Shown piece after piece: positions 27,577 to 36,343 of a stretch of 40,853 nt of DNA. The DNA is from a virus (taxonomy: Duplodnaviria; Caudoviricetes): the IMG/VR virus record IMGVR_UViG_3300048850_000030, positions 1 through 40,853 of that record. One strand, 5' to 3'. Under the pieces are notes generated by a model, which did no database searches, was not told the DNA's origin, and saw only the letters and a list, made by a program, of their open reading frames with translations. The position numbers and the translations under genes are program-made. Position 1 is the stretch's first letter. The number at the start of each line of letters is the position of its first letter.

Positions 27577-28350
27577 ATGAGCGTCACCGACTGGTCCCCC
27601 CAGCCGAGCGGCAACGCTTTGGCTGACAGCAGCATCAGAGCGGCGCGCGACGGCGCAGCGGCCCGCGATTTCTCTTCATCGTTCCGTGGGCTGATGGCGA
27701 AGGCCGCCGCCCTCGCGCTCGACCAAGGCGGCGCCCTTACCTCGGGCGGCGTAGGAAACTTCTATACGGTTTCTACGAATTCGAGCTTCGCCGAGATGAA
27801 GCCGGGGGTCTCCGTTTCGTTCACGGCAGACCGCACCAACACGGCTGGCCCGGTTCTATCAATTGATGGGAGCGCGCCCCGGCAATGGTTGGACGCTGAC
27901 GGTGCAGTGTTCGCGGCCGGGGATGTGAAGGCCGGTCAGATCTATTCCGTCGCGTGGCTCGACAACGGCCCTGGCGGCATCCCGGCCTGGAAGACGTACG
28001 GGACCGCGCCGGCCTCTGTCGGCAAAGCTGTCGCCGCGGCGGCGCAGCGGGGGCATACCCCGGTGTCCGACGCCAACTATCAGTGCCTCGCGACCGACGT
28101 ACAGGTCGGTATGAAGCCACTGACGGCGCCGCGCACGATCTGGCTGCCCGATGTCGATACCTTCCCGTTCCAGGATCTCGTCATCGCCGATGAGAGCGGT
28201 GTCTGCTCCGACACGCTCACAATCACGATCCTGCCGGGCCCCGGCACGGACGACGTGATCGGTACGTCCGAGGGCAACGTCATCCTGTCGCGCGCCTTTG
28301 AGGGCGCTTGGTTCCGTCGCGGAGCCGCCAACCTGTGGATTCGCCGATGA
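27577..28350 (+). CDS. Tail protein with fibre-like N-terminal anchor
   Basis: N-half parallels 26281 (SFTADRTNT..LSIDG..GDVKAG); APRTIWLP..IADESG domain. Confidence 0.7.
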   Translation: MSVTDWSPQPSGNALADSSIRAARDGAAARDFSSSFRGLMAKAAALALDQGGALTSGGVGNFYTVSTNSSFAEMKPGVSVSFTADRTNTAGPVLSIDGSAPRQWLDADGAVFAAGDVKAGQIYSVAWLDNGPGGIPAWKTYGTAPASVGKAVAAAAQRGHTPVSDANYQCLATDVQVGMKPLTAPRTIWLPDVDTFPFQDLVIADESGVCSDTLTITILPGPGTDDVIGTSEGNVILSRAFEGAWFRRGAANLWIRR

Positions 28351-29597
28351 TGAAGTGCATCACTCTCGCCTTTGCGGCGCTGCTCGGCCTGTCAGCGCCA
28401 GCGCTCGCGCAGAGGGCAGCGCCGACCGAGATCCGATCGAACGGAGAGATCTGGCTCGGGAATGCCGCCAAGATCGGCAAGCGCGAGGGCACGGGCGCAA
28501 ATGCCAAGACAGCCCTCACGCCCGACAGCATTGAAGCGCCATCAGGCGGCAAGATCGCCGGCATTCCCTTCGTGCCAAATGTTCTCGGTACCGGGACACC
28601 GGGTGTCAACGGTAAACAGTTCTTCACTTATTCTCCGTCAACGCGGCCAACGGCTACGGAGCCGACCCTGCGAATTGATTACCGCCCGACCTATACGGGC
28701 GGCACCGGCATTACTGTGGGGGCATGGAGCTTCACCGACCTCCCGGCCGGCATCACTGACAGCCATTACGGCCTGCTAACTCAGATCACCGGCCGGGCAG
28801 AGAACGGCCCGAACACAAATTGGGTCGCTGAGTTCACGCGTTGCGATAAGGCAACAAAGAACTCGTCCGCTTGTTGGGGCGGGGTCATGCAGACCAATGA
28901 GATTTCCGGGACCGCCGATCCTACTACAAACAGCACGGGCTTAGAGCTGAATGTTCGCGCTAACGGGACTGATGCGAATAACAATCGCACACTGCTATCT
29001 CTCGCGCTTCAGCCTTGGACTGCTATCGCTTCGGGCGGTGCGGCACCTGTAGCGGCCCGCGCAATCCTTATCGGGCCGGAGAACGGCGACCCGACCCACG
29101 GCTCCTTTGATCGGGCCGCACAGCTCATAGGCAAGTACAATATCGCTGCGCTCGACCTCTCGGAGGCAACCTGCACCGTAGCTTGCTGGCAGTCCAACAA
29201 AGCTCAGATCCTCGGGACTGGCCGGGCCAACTTCGCCAGCGTGGGCATCGGAACGCAACAGATCTTCCTATATGAGAACAACGCTACGACGGGCCAGTTG
29301 GGTATTCGCGCCGGCAACGCGAGCTCGACTATCTTTGCCAATTTCGACCCAACGAATGGGTTCGCGGTGCAAGGTCCGGTACAAGGTACGCTGGGCACGT
29401 TCACGGTGCAGAAGCTCATCCCGACGGTCTTTGGCAACCTCCCCGCGTGCTCCTCCACCGGCTCGGGGGCAGGCTACTCGGCTGTCATCACAGACGCCGC
29501 AGGCACCATCACCTACCGGGGCACAGCATCGGGAGGTGGCACACAGCACGCTAAGGTGTTCTGCGACGCTTCAAACTCGCGCTGGATCTACAACTAG
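28347..29597 (+). CDS. Tail-spike / fibre-like protein with N-terminal signal peptide
   Basis: MMKCITLAFAALLGLSAPALA|Q; T/G/N-rich; C-terminal LPAC..AVITDA..SGGG..VFCD..W; lower GC. Confidence 0.7.
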   Translation: MMKCITLAFAALLGLSAPALAQRAAPTEIRSNGEIWLGNAAKIGKREGTGANAKTALTPDSIEAPSGGKIAGIPFVPNVLGTGTPGVNGKQFFTYSPSTRPTATEPTLRIDYRPTYTGGTGITVGAWSFTDLPAGITDSHYGLLTQITGRAENGPNTNWVAEFTRCDKATKNSSACWGGVMQTNEISGTADPTTNSTGLELNVRANGTDANNNRTLLSLALQPWTAIASGGAAPVAARAILIGPENGDPTHGSFDRAAQLIGKYNIAALDLSEATCTVACWQSNKAQILGTGRANFASVGIGTQQIFLYENNATTGQLGIRAGNASSTIFANFDPTNGFAVQGPVQGTLGTFTVQKLIPTVFGNLPACSSTGSGAGYSAVITDAAGTITYRGTASGGGTQHAKVFCDASNSRWIYN

Positions 29598-29647
29598 CGC
29601 CACCCGGCCCGAGCCCTCTGCCGTTCCTGACAATCCGGAGAACACGA

Positions 29648-30259
29648 ATGGACCTGTCGCCCATCGGGCGCGCGGCTCTAAAGTCGCGCGAAGGCGAGGT
29701 GCTGACCGCCTATCTCGACACCGAGAAGGTTTGGACCATCGGCGTAGGGATCACGACGGCCTCAGGGCTGATCAAGGTGACGCCGGGCCTGACGATCACG
29801 GCGGCCACCAGCGATGCGCTCTTCACCGAGGCGGTCAAAGCATATGCCAAACCGGTGAACGCCATTGGCGTGAAGCTCGAACAGCATCAGTTCGACGCTC
29901 TCGTGTCGCTCTGCTTCAACATCGGCCAGGGCGGCTTCTCGGGCTCCACCGTCGTCCGCCGGCTGAGGGCGGGAGACATCGCGGGTGCGGCAGAAGCGAT
30001 CCTGATGTGGAACAAGCCGGCCGCGATCATCTCGCGGCGCCAGGGCGAGTACGATCAGTTTCGCACACCGTATGCCGTGGCCTTGCCGAAGGCCCGCCGG
30101 GGCGACAAGGCGGCTGTGAAGGCGCCGTCGTTCATGGCGCCCGTGCCGGCACCTCCGCCTTTCGTGCTGCCGAAGCCTGTCCCGCCCGTGGCCGAGACGA
30201 CCGTGAAAACCGGCGCTCTCGGCGGCTGGCTGTCTTCGCTGTTCCGGTGGGCTTCGTAG
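29648..30259 (+). CDS. Endolysin, GH24 phage lysozyme
   Basis: E-X8-D-X5-T triad (REGEVLTAYLDTEKVWT), QFDALVSLCFNIG; GGAG RBS. Confidence 0.95.
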   Translation: MDLSPIGRAALKSREGEVLTAYLDTEKVWTIGVGITTASGLIKVTPGLTITAATSDALFTEAVKAYAKPVNAIGVKLEQHQFDALVSLCFNIGQGGFSGSTVVRRLRAGDIAGAAEAILMWNKPAAIISRRQGEYDQFRTPYAVALPKARRGDKAAVKAPSFMAPVPAPPPFVLPKPVPPVAETTVKTGALGGWLSSLFRWAS

Positions 30260-30299
30260 TCCGTCCCGCTCCCCATCCCCTCCAGAACGAGACACCGAC

Positions 30300-30602
30300 A
30301 TGCCTGACCAGTTGCCGCCGATCACGGTAGCGACGCCCGCTGCGGCTGCGACCGTCACAACGACCATCGTCAAGCGCCGGCCGTTCAAGATCGTGCTGCT
30401 CAATGCGGTCAACGCCGTCGCGACGACGGCCCTCGCCATCCTCAGCTATCTCCAGACCATAAATCTCGCCGGCATTGTCTCGGCCGAGAATGCGCTGTGG
30501 TGGATGGTCGGCGTCAACGTGCTCACCATCATCTTGAGGCAGTGGTTCTCGCCGTCCGAGACCGTGCAGATGGTCGTGCAGCCCTCGCACGAGACGCCGT
30601 GA
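30300..30602 (+). CDS. Putative holin
   Basis: 100 aa, two TM segments, follows the endolysin. Confidence 0.55.
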   Translation: MPDQLPPITVATPAAAATVTTTIVKRRPFKIVLLNAVNAVATTALAILSYLQTINLAGIVSAENALWWMVGVNVLTIILRQWFSPSETVQMVVQPSHETP

Positions 30603-30934
30603 TGTTCGAGCTTTTCACGGCTTGGGGGTTCCTGCGGGACTACTGGCCCTGGCTCCTAGCGGGCGGCGTCCTCGTCGGGCTGGCCCTCGCCTACGCCTAC
30701 TTCACCGGGCGCATCATGGTTGCCTTGGAGGCCCTTGCAGGGCTCGGCGTGGCCCTGGCCGCGGGCCAGATCTATCGGCGCGGCGCAGTCTCTCAGAAGG
30801 CGCAGCAGGACGCCGCCAACGACAAGACTGTGGCGACCACGCGCGAGGTCCAAGCCGAAGTGAACGGCATGTCGGACGAAGAGGTCAGCCGACGCCTCGA
30901 CCAGTGGATACCGCCTGAGGAAACGAAGCGATGA
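30602..30934 (+). CDS. Putative i-spanin-like membrane protein
   Basis: N-terminal TM segments then a polar helical tail; overlaps a lipoprotein gene. Confidence 0.6.
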   Translation: MFELFTAWGFLRDYWPWLLAGGVLVGLALAYAYFTGRIMVALEALAGLGVALAAGQIYRRGAVSQKAQQDAANDKTVATTREVQAEVNGMSDEEVSRRLDQWIPPEETKR

Positions 30935-31146
30935 AGAGGCTCGCCCTTGGTGCCGCCATGGCCCTGCCGCTCGCCCTCGGCGCCTGCACGCCCGAACAGG
31001 CCGACGTATGGTGCAGAACCCACCGGCTCGAAGACGTGCGCTTCAGCCGAACCAGTGTGGACGGCCTGACGCCGGCCGATCGCCGCAAGTACCTGCGGAT
31101 TTTGGAAGAGGGCGCGCGCCTCTGCGGCTGGCGCCCCTCTCGATAG
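30931..31146 (+). CDS. Putative o-spanin lipoprotein
   Basis: Lipobox LGA|C plus two more Cys; 71 aa. Confidence 0.7.
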   Translation: MKRLALGAAMALPLALGACTPEQADVWCRTHRLEDVRFSRTSVDGLTPADRRKYLRILEEGARLCGWRPSR

Positions 31147-31336
31147 CCCACTTCCCCCGAAGCAGGCGGGGCCAGCCGCAAAGTTTGGACGCCGAGCGGC
31201 CGACCCCTGACCACCGACGCCGCGAAAGGGCGCCAATGGCTGAACGACTGATCCCGCATCCATGGTCCGACTCGCAAGTGCCGATCCGCCACACGAGAGC
31301 GGGAGGCGCTGGCAACGGGCGGACAACCCACCCCTG

Positions 31337-31738
31337 ATGCCGAACGCACAAGCCACAATCGATCAGACCAGCACGTTCTATCTGAACCAGGGGGTTCTAG
31401 GGGCGACGGTCGTTCTCCTCATTCTGTTCCTCGGCATCGCAGGGCTCGTGATCCGCACCCTGTATCGCGAGAACCAGACCCTCCACACGCTCGTGACGAC
31501 GAAGCTCGGCGAGGCGCTGGTTGCCTATCAGGCATCGACCGGGGCCACCGCCGAGATGCGCAGCACCATCCTCGTCGTGAAGGGCACCGTCGATGTCCTC
31601 GCCACGGCGGTGAGCGAACTGAGCCACGAAAACGAGAAGTCGGATCAGGAGGTCAGGCACGGCCTCGCCAACATCAGTGCCTCGCTCAACTCCATCGCGA
31701 CCCTGCTGGGTAACCTTCGGGGAAAGGCAGGCGCATGA
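31337..31738 (+). CDS. Membrane-anchored coiled-coil protein
   Basis: QGVLGATVVLLILFLGIAGLVI TM segment. Confidence 0.7.
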   Translation: MPNAQATIDQTSTFYLNQGVLGATVVLLILFLGIAGLVIRTLYRENQTLHTLVTTKLGEALVAYQASTGATAEMRSTILVVKGTVDVLATAVSELSHENEKSDQEVRHGLANISASLNSIATLLGNLRGKAGA

Positions 31739-31998
31739 CATGGAGGCAGACCGTGGGCCGGCTCTTTTCCTTCCATCGTCCCGACGTGGCGCGTGTGGAT
31801 GCTGCCTTGGCCGCCAATGTCGCTGCGCACAAGCGCACAGCCTCGGCAGCAAGCGAGCTTGCCGAAGAGGTCGCGGAGCAGCGGCAGCACGCCGAAACCG
31901 AGTTGGACCGCATCAAGTGTCGGCTCGAACGGCGCCGGCAGAAAGACCCTCGCATCGAAGCCGCCAGGGACGCCCTGAAGCTGCTGGAGCGCCATTAG
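31735..31998 (+). CDS. Hypothetical helical protein
   Basis: ATGA-coupled ORF. Confidence 0.65.
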   Translation: MTWRQTVGRLFSFHRPDVARVDAALAANVAAHKRTASAASELAEEVAEQRQHAETELDRIKCRLERRRQKDPRIEAARDALKLLERH

Positions 31999-32603
31999 TG
32001 ACCTTCTCTGCCCGCTTCAAGCGAAGCCTGACGCTTTGGCTCGGTCTTGCGCTCGCCCTTTCCTACTGGCTTGTCGCCCCGTTCATCACATCTAACGCTC
32101 AAGCTGAGTGGACGCGCATCTTCATGATCGTCTACGCGGCTGGGGCGATCTGGGCGTGGTTCCCGGCGTTTCGGACCATCATCCGAGAGAACTCGCCGGT
32201 CGCGGCTCAGCAAAGCATCCTCGGCACGATCCTGATCCTGACAGGCGTGCTCGGGAGCGCGGTCTGGCTGCTGCTGTGGAGGATGTCCGGCTTTCCGGCT
32301 TGGATGGTACTGTCGGACGTAAACGGCTTCTTCCTCTGGCTGCTCCTGCTGGGCGCTTTGTTCCTGATGGCAGCGCCACGGGTCAGCGCTCATATCCCGC
32401 CGCGGACCAATTGGCCCCGGATCTGGGTCGCAGGCGCCCTCAGCTTGGGGCTCGGCTACTTCATCGTACACGAGCGGCCGAACATCGCCCCGCTGGTAGA
32501 ATGGTTGCGACTTCGGGTGTCGGAGGTGACGGGCTCGCCCCATCGCTCCGAGATGCCGAAGCTGCTTGAGCAGACGGCGAGGGCATCGATCGGCGAGCCG
32601 TAG
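31998..32603 (+). CDS. Polytopic membrane protein (about 5 TM)
   Basis: TAGTG coupling; multiple hydrophobic segments. Confidence 0.75.
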   Translation: MTFSARFKRSLTLWLGLALALSYWLVAPFITSNAQAEWTRIFMIVYAAGAIWAWFPAFRTIIRENSPVAAQQSILGTILILTGVLGSAVWLLLWRMSGFPAWMVLSDVNGFFLWLLLLGALFLMAAPRVSAHIPPRTNWPRIWVAGALSLGLGYFIVHERPNIAPLVEWLRLRVSEVTGSPHRSEMPKLLEQTARASIGEP

Positions 32604-32624
32604 TGCCCCTACAATTCGAACCTC

Positions 32625-32852
32625 TCAGCCCCGCCCGGCAACCGCTGGTGCGGGGCTAGTCGTTTCTGGGCTGGGATGCCAGTGCGTCGGCTGCGGCTCG
32701 TATGGAGCCCCGTCACCGCTTTTCCCTGGAGTGTGGAACACCCACCGACCGCCTTCGAAGCGGGACTTGATCGGGTACGTGTGCAGTGGTGCCATGGACG
32801 TAACGACCGGCGTTCCATCCTTCGGCGCGGTTTCAATCGGCTGCTCACCCAT
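32625..32852 (-). CDS. Small phage protein (QPIETAPKDG / DUF551-like)
   Basis: QPIETAPKDGT...QPTHWHP; RBS and ATG supplied by the repeat. Confidence 0.8.
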   Translation of the reverse strand: MGEQPIETAPKDGTPVVTSMAPLHTYPIKSRFEGGRWVFHTPGKSGDGAPYEPQPTHWHPSPETTSPAPAVAGRG

Positions 32853-32909
32853 CCTCGCCTCCTCTCAGCCCGCCCGGCACTCGCTCGGCGGGCTTTGTTG
32901 TTTCTGGCC

Positions 32910-33074
32910 TCAGTCTCGCGGCTTGCACTTCGACAGCGCCTCTCGGCACTCGTCCGGTGCGAGCCCGAGATCACAACCATCCTCCAGCACGGCTCGGAGG
33001 CGTCTGTTCTCGGCCTCGGCGTCGTCTAGCCGATCCTGAAGCCGACCCTCTCTGTCTCTATCGCTGTTCGTCAT
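32910..33074 (-). CDS. Small coiled-coil protein (54 aa)
   Basis: GGAGGAG RBS in repeat 3; AEAENRRLRAVLE. Confidence 0.7.
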   Translation of the reverse strand: MTNSDRDREGRLQDRLDDAEAENRRLRAVLEDGCDLGLAPDECREALSKCKPRD

Positions 33075-33132
33075 GATCCTCTCCTCCAAGCCTCGCCGGC
33101 ACCCGCCGCGCGGGGCTTTGTCGTTCTGGCCC

Positions 33133-33960
33133 TTAAGCCGCCAGCGCAGTTGCAGGCTCTTCACCTTCAAACACCACAGCCACGCGGTTTTGCACCGTCA
33201 CGAACGGCGGCATCTCAACGGCCTTGACGCTCGACCTAAGAACCTTCTGGTCGGCCGGCGGGCGGTGCTTTTCGGGGATGCGGGCCAGTTCTTCCGGCGC
33301 CAGCACTCGCTCTTCGGTGACGCGGCGGAAGTAGCTGCCGCGTCGGAACGCGTCTGGATAGGCGTCGAACGCGATGCCAGCGGCCTGGAGCCGTTCCCGC
33401 ATTCCTGCGACGCTGACGCCGTGTAGGCTCTTGGCCGAGAAGTTTGCGTGAGCCGTCATGCTGACTGCGTTGCGCGTCGCGTCCATCTCGCGCCAGAGAA
33501 AAGCGTTGGCACCCTCTTCGCGGCTCGGAAGATTGAAGGCGCGGGCATCAAAGTGCGGGAGCCGATCGGCATAGGCCGCGAACTCCAAATCAGGGCTCGT
33601 TGCAACGGCTCGCATGAAGGCCGCGGTGGCCAATCCTGCGAGCACAGAGCAGAGCTTCTGCACCTTGCCGTCAAAGAACATCTGGCTCTCGGGATTGTCG
33701 CGCCCGACTTCCCAAATGAGCGAAATTTCGTCCGACTGCGTGTAGCCGAGCCGAGCATCCGTTGCAGCAACAAGATGCCGAGTGGCCTCCTGCATCGCGG
33801 CCGTCATGCGGGGATCGAACGGCCGCCGCATCCCCCGTGTGAATTTGGAGAAGCCTCGGCCGTCAATGCGGGCATAGACCGGCAGCGACGTGTCGAGGCG
33901 CCGGCTGGTTTCGATGGCCTCGTACGCCTTCATACGGTCGCCGAACTCGTCACGCTTCAT
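33133..33960 (-). CDS. thg1: Thg1-like tRNA(His) guanylyltransferase / 3'-5' polymerase
   Basis: GDRMKAYE, ARIDGRGFSKFT, GYTQSDEISL, FDGKVQK, FDARAF, WREMDATRN. Confidence 0.95.
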   Translation of the reverse strand: MKRDEFGDRMKAYEAIETSRRLDTSLPVYARIDGRGFSKFTRGMRRPFDPRMTAAMQEATRHLVAATDARLGYTQSDEISLIWEVGRDNPESQMFFDGKVQKLCSVLAGLATAAFMRAVATSPDLEFAAYADRLPHFDARAFNLPSREEGANAFLWREMDATRNAVSMTAHANFSAKSLHGVSVAGMRERLQAAGIAFDAYPDAFRRGSYFRRVTEERVLAPEELARIPEKHRPPADQKVLRSSVKAVEMPPFVTVQNRVAVVFEGEEPATALAA

Positions 33961-33974
33961 CCTCGCCTCCTCTC

Positions 33975-34006
33975 AGCCCGCCCGGCACTCGCTCGGCGGG
34001 CTTTTT
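33975..34006 (+). terminator. Intrinsic-terminator-like hairpin with U tract (part of repeat copy 4)
   Basis: AGCCCGCC...GGCGGGCT followed by TTTT; faces the incoming late transcript. Confidence 0.5.
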
Positions 34007-34011
34007 GCGTT

Positions 34012-34428
34012 CTAGACCCGGCCGCTGAAGGCAGCCATGAGACCATCGGTGAAAGCCTTCTGCCGCTCCTCATTTACCGCGGCCTGCTGCCCCGGCAGGA
34101 ATGTGGATTTCAGCAGAAGCGCGCTCTCGCCGTCTCGGGTCGTGCAAAGCCACATTAGGCATCGCCGCTTCGGCCCGTCGCCTTCCCAGATTGGTTCGAA
34201 GCGAATGCGGCACTGAAACCGCCGGAAGTCCGTCACGGGGACATCGGCAGGTGGCTCCTTCCAATCAACCGCTCGCATCGGTGGCCTGACCGGGAACGTA
34301 ATCTCAGGTCCGCGATGTCCCCGCTCGATCTCGCGCAGGAACTCCCGCCCCCACTCCGGCAAGGTGATGACCGTGATCGGTTCCATGTCCTCGCGGTCGT
34401 AGATCACAACGCGCATCTTCAACTCCAA
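34012..34428 (-). CDS. Hypothetical protein
   Basis: Protein-like ORF in the leftward operon; start may be MRVVIY. Confidence 0.75.
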   Translation of the reverse strand: MELKMRVVIYDREDMEPITVITLPEWGREFLREIERGHRGPEITFPVRPPMRAVDWKEPPADVPVTDFRRFQCRIRFEPIWEGDGPKRRCLMWLCTTRDGESALLLKSTFLPGQQAAVNEERQKAFTDGLMAAFSGRV

Positions 34429-34643
34429 TCCTCATCCTCCGCCACGAACCACGCGGCTAGGAACTCCGCAGCCTTCTCTTTCGTGTTCACCCGGCCCATG
34501 AACTGCCCATCCGGGCCTATGACGAACCACAAGCCCTTGTGCTCATGGTCCTGCGAGATGGTGCCCGCCACGTCCTTGCCGACCCTCACGACGAAGTGGC
34601 TCTCTGCGGCTTCGATGGTGTGGTCGGGGATGGTGGGCTTCAT
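34419..34643 (-). CDS. Hypothetical protein
   Basis: ORF in the leftward operon. Confidence 0.7.
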   Translation of the reverse strand: MKPTIPDHTIEAAESHFVVRVGKDVAGTISQDHEHKGLWFVIGPDGQFMGRVNTKEKAAEFLAAWFVAEDEDWS

Positions 34644-34652
34644 CCTGGCAGA

Positions 34653-34805
34653 TCAGTGCTTCGGCAGGCTGGCGCGAGCATCCTGATATGCGGCAGCGCT
34701 CCCAGTATACCAGCCGATAGAGTGCGCCACATAGAGCGTGGCCACCCAGGCGCCGAGCAAGAAAACGGCCCAAAGGCAGGCGTTGATGTCGGCGTGGCTC
34801 ATCAT
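34653..34805 (-). CDS. Small membrane protein (50 aa, MMSHADINACLWAVFLLG...)
   Basis: GGAGAG RBS; one TM segment; translated by hand. Confidence 0.6.
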   Translation of the reverse strand: MMSHADINACLWAVFLLGAWVATLYVAHSIGWYTGSAAAYQDARASLPKH

Positions 34806-34822
34806 CCTCTCCTCTGGTTGGC

Positions 34823-35065
34823 TTAGCGTGAGGCGGGCGGCTCCGCGAGGGCGGCGCGCTCGGCTTCGACCGTCGCCAAGATCCAGCGGGCGAACGCCTC
34901 TGCGCCGTCAAGATCCAAGCCGATTGAGCACGTCTGGCCAAAGCCGGTCTCTGTGCTGCCCGCCCACGGCTCTTCAATCTCAATGGTGAGCTGGCCGCCT
35001 CGGCAGTAGGCTTCGAGGCTGTCGCACCCGTGGTCGGCTTCGTTGATCTGGAATACGGCGTCCAT
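34823..35065 (-). CDS. Hypothetical protein
   Basis: GAGGAG RBS. Confidence 0.7.
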   Translation of the reverse strand: MDAVFQINEADHGCDSLEAYCRGGQLTIEIEEPWAGSTETGFGQTCSIGLDLDGAEAFARWILATVEAERAALAEPPASR

Positions 35066-35105
35066 CCTTCTCTCCTCAATCGGCCTCGGAAGCGGTGGGG
35101 CGGGG

Positions 35106-35330
35106 CTAGCGGCCGACGTAGACCATCAGTCCGGCGCCAGCGGCGAGCAGCGCGGCAAGGAAGATCCCCCCGCCCGCCATCATGGCGAAGTTGGCATCGC
35201 GTAGCCCCTCGGTGGTGAAGGCAGCCGGACCCAGAAGTAGGCGCGCGCTCCCAAGCAAGACAGCGATCATTGCCGTTCCTGAGAGGGCGTAGATCGCTGC
35301 GCCCTTGATAGCCAAAACCAACCCATCCAT
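35106..35330 (-). CDS. Small 2-TM membrane protein
   Basis: Two hydrophobic segments. Confidence 0.65.
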   Translation of the reverse strand: MDGLVLAIKGAAIYALSGTAMIAVLLGSARLLLGPAAFTTEGLRDANFAMMAGGGIFLAALLAAGAGLMVYVGR

Positions 35331-35331
35331 C

Positions 35332-35595
35332 TCAAAACTCCAGGCTCTCCAGCTTCGCGATCTGCCGCTTCAGGCTGGCGATCTTGGCGGCTTTCATCTC
35401 GTTGGCGCGGGTGAGGGCGGCTTCGCGGGTGTCAGCGCAATCGCGCAGGCCAACAAAGTCATAGGTTGTGACGCGCCCTTGCCGATGCGAAGTGTGATAG
35501 CCTACCGCGCAAGCGCGGTAGACTGATTGCTCGACCAACCCCTTCGTCAGCGCGTACTTCGTCACCCAAACCGTCTTCGGTGCTTCGGACATCAC
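35332..35595 (-). CDS. Phage hypothetical protein
   Basis: VWVTKYALTKG..KIASLKRQIAKLESLEF; GAGGAGG RBS. Confidence 0.75.
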   Translation of the reverse strand: MMSEAPKTVWVTKYALTKGLVEQSVYRACAVGYHTSHRQGRVTTYDFVGLRDCADTREAALTRANEMKAAKIASLKRQIAKLESLEF

Positions 35596-35810
35596 ACCAC
35601 CTCCTCAGCCATTCCCCGCTTCTCCAGAGAGGATGCAAACCTCTCCCGAGCCGCCTCAAGCCGGCCCTGCTGCCGGGCCGATCCTAGCGAGATCATCGCC
35701 TCGCCAGGGTGCGCGTGCCGGGTCAGTTCCAAGACCCGTTCCAGAGCCTCAGCCATCTCGGCCAGCAGCTTGTCCCGGTTCCACTGGTGCTCTCGTTCGG
35801 CTTCGGACAT
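35592..35810 (-). CDS. Hypothetical protein
   Basis: AGGAG RBS; coupled to the next gene. Confidence 0.7.
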   Translation of the reverse strand: MSEAEREHQWNRDKLLAEMAEALERVLELTRHAHPGEAMISLGSARQQGRLEAARERFASSLEKRGMAEEVV

Positions 35811-35819
35811 CAGGGGCTC

Positions 35820-36041
35820 CTAGGAGACGGGCTCTTCCACCGGGGTGATGTCGCTGCCTTTGAAGCGCACGGTGAATATGACGTCGGGCGCCTCGCCGAA
35901 GCCGAGTACGCGGTAGGCTTCCCGCATCTTGGCGATGTGCTGACGTGCAGCTTCAAAGCCGTCGAAGCTGTCCACCCAAAGGCCCGTATCAGCCCAAGGA
36001 TGGACGACGGACAACTCTACTCGATTGATCGTCTCGCTCAC
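35820..36041 (-). CDS. Hypothetical protein
   Basis: GAGGAG RBS before GTG 36041. Confidence 0.65.
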   Translation of the reverse strand: MSETINRVELSVVHPWADTGLWVDSFDGFEAARQHIAKMREAYRVLGFGEAPDVIFTVRFKGSDITPVEEPVS

Positions 36042-36091
36042 GTTCTCTCTCCTCAGGGCGGCACGACTTTTGGATCGGGGGAGGGGAGGGA

Positions 36092-36316
36092 TCACTCAGT
36101 CGCCAGGGCCGCCTCAACCGCGGCTCGCATGGCGTGAAGGTGCCGGGCCTTCTCCGCAGCGTCGGTGTGAGCGTGTGCGGAGACTTCGCGCCACTGGCCG
36201 GGGTGATCTTCACGACCCGCCCACGCCATCGCCTCGCGCGGGCGCCGGCTATCGAAACCCGTCCCCCACTTGGCGTACTCGGCCAGCGCTGCTGCAACTT
36301 TCGGGTTCTCGCTCAT
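36092..36316 (-). CDS. Hypothetical protein
   Basis: AAAGGAG RBS. Confidence 0.7.
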   Translation of the reverse strand: MSENPKVAAALAEYAKWGTGFDSRRPREAMAWAGREDHPGQWREVSAHAHTDAAEKARHLHAMRAAVEAALATE

Positions 36317-36343
36317 CGTTCTCTCCTTTCAGGGGAAGGCGGG

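Larger units (their letters stand above)
32621..34014. repeat. Four ~50-60 bp hairpin + RBS repeats at 32621-32670, 32850-32909, 33072-33131 and 33958-34014
   Basis: Copies 2 and 4 share 47 identical bp (32850-32896 = 33958-34004); copies 1 and 3 are diverged but keep the stem. Confidence 0.92.

Noticed and set aside
32621-34014. CRISPR array or classical integron attC array
   Set aside because: Spacing is irregular and each interval is a whole gene; no cas or intI gene; no RYYYAAC/GTTRRRY cores seen
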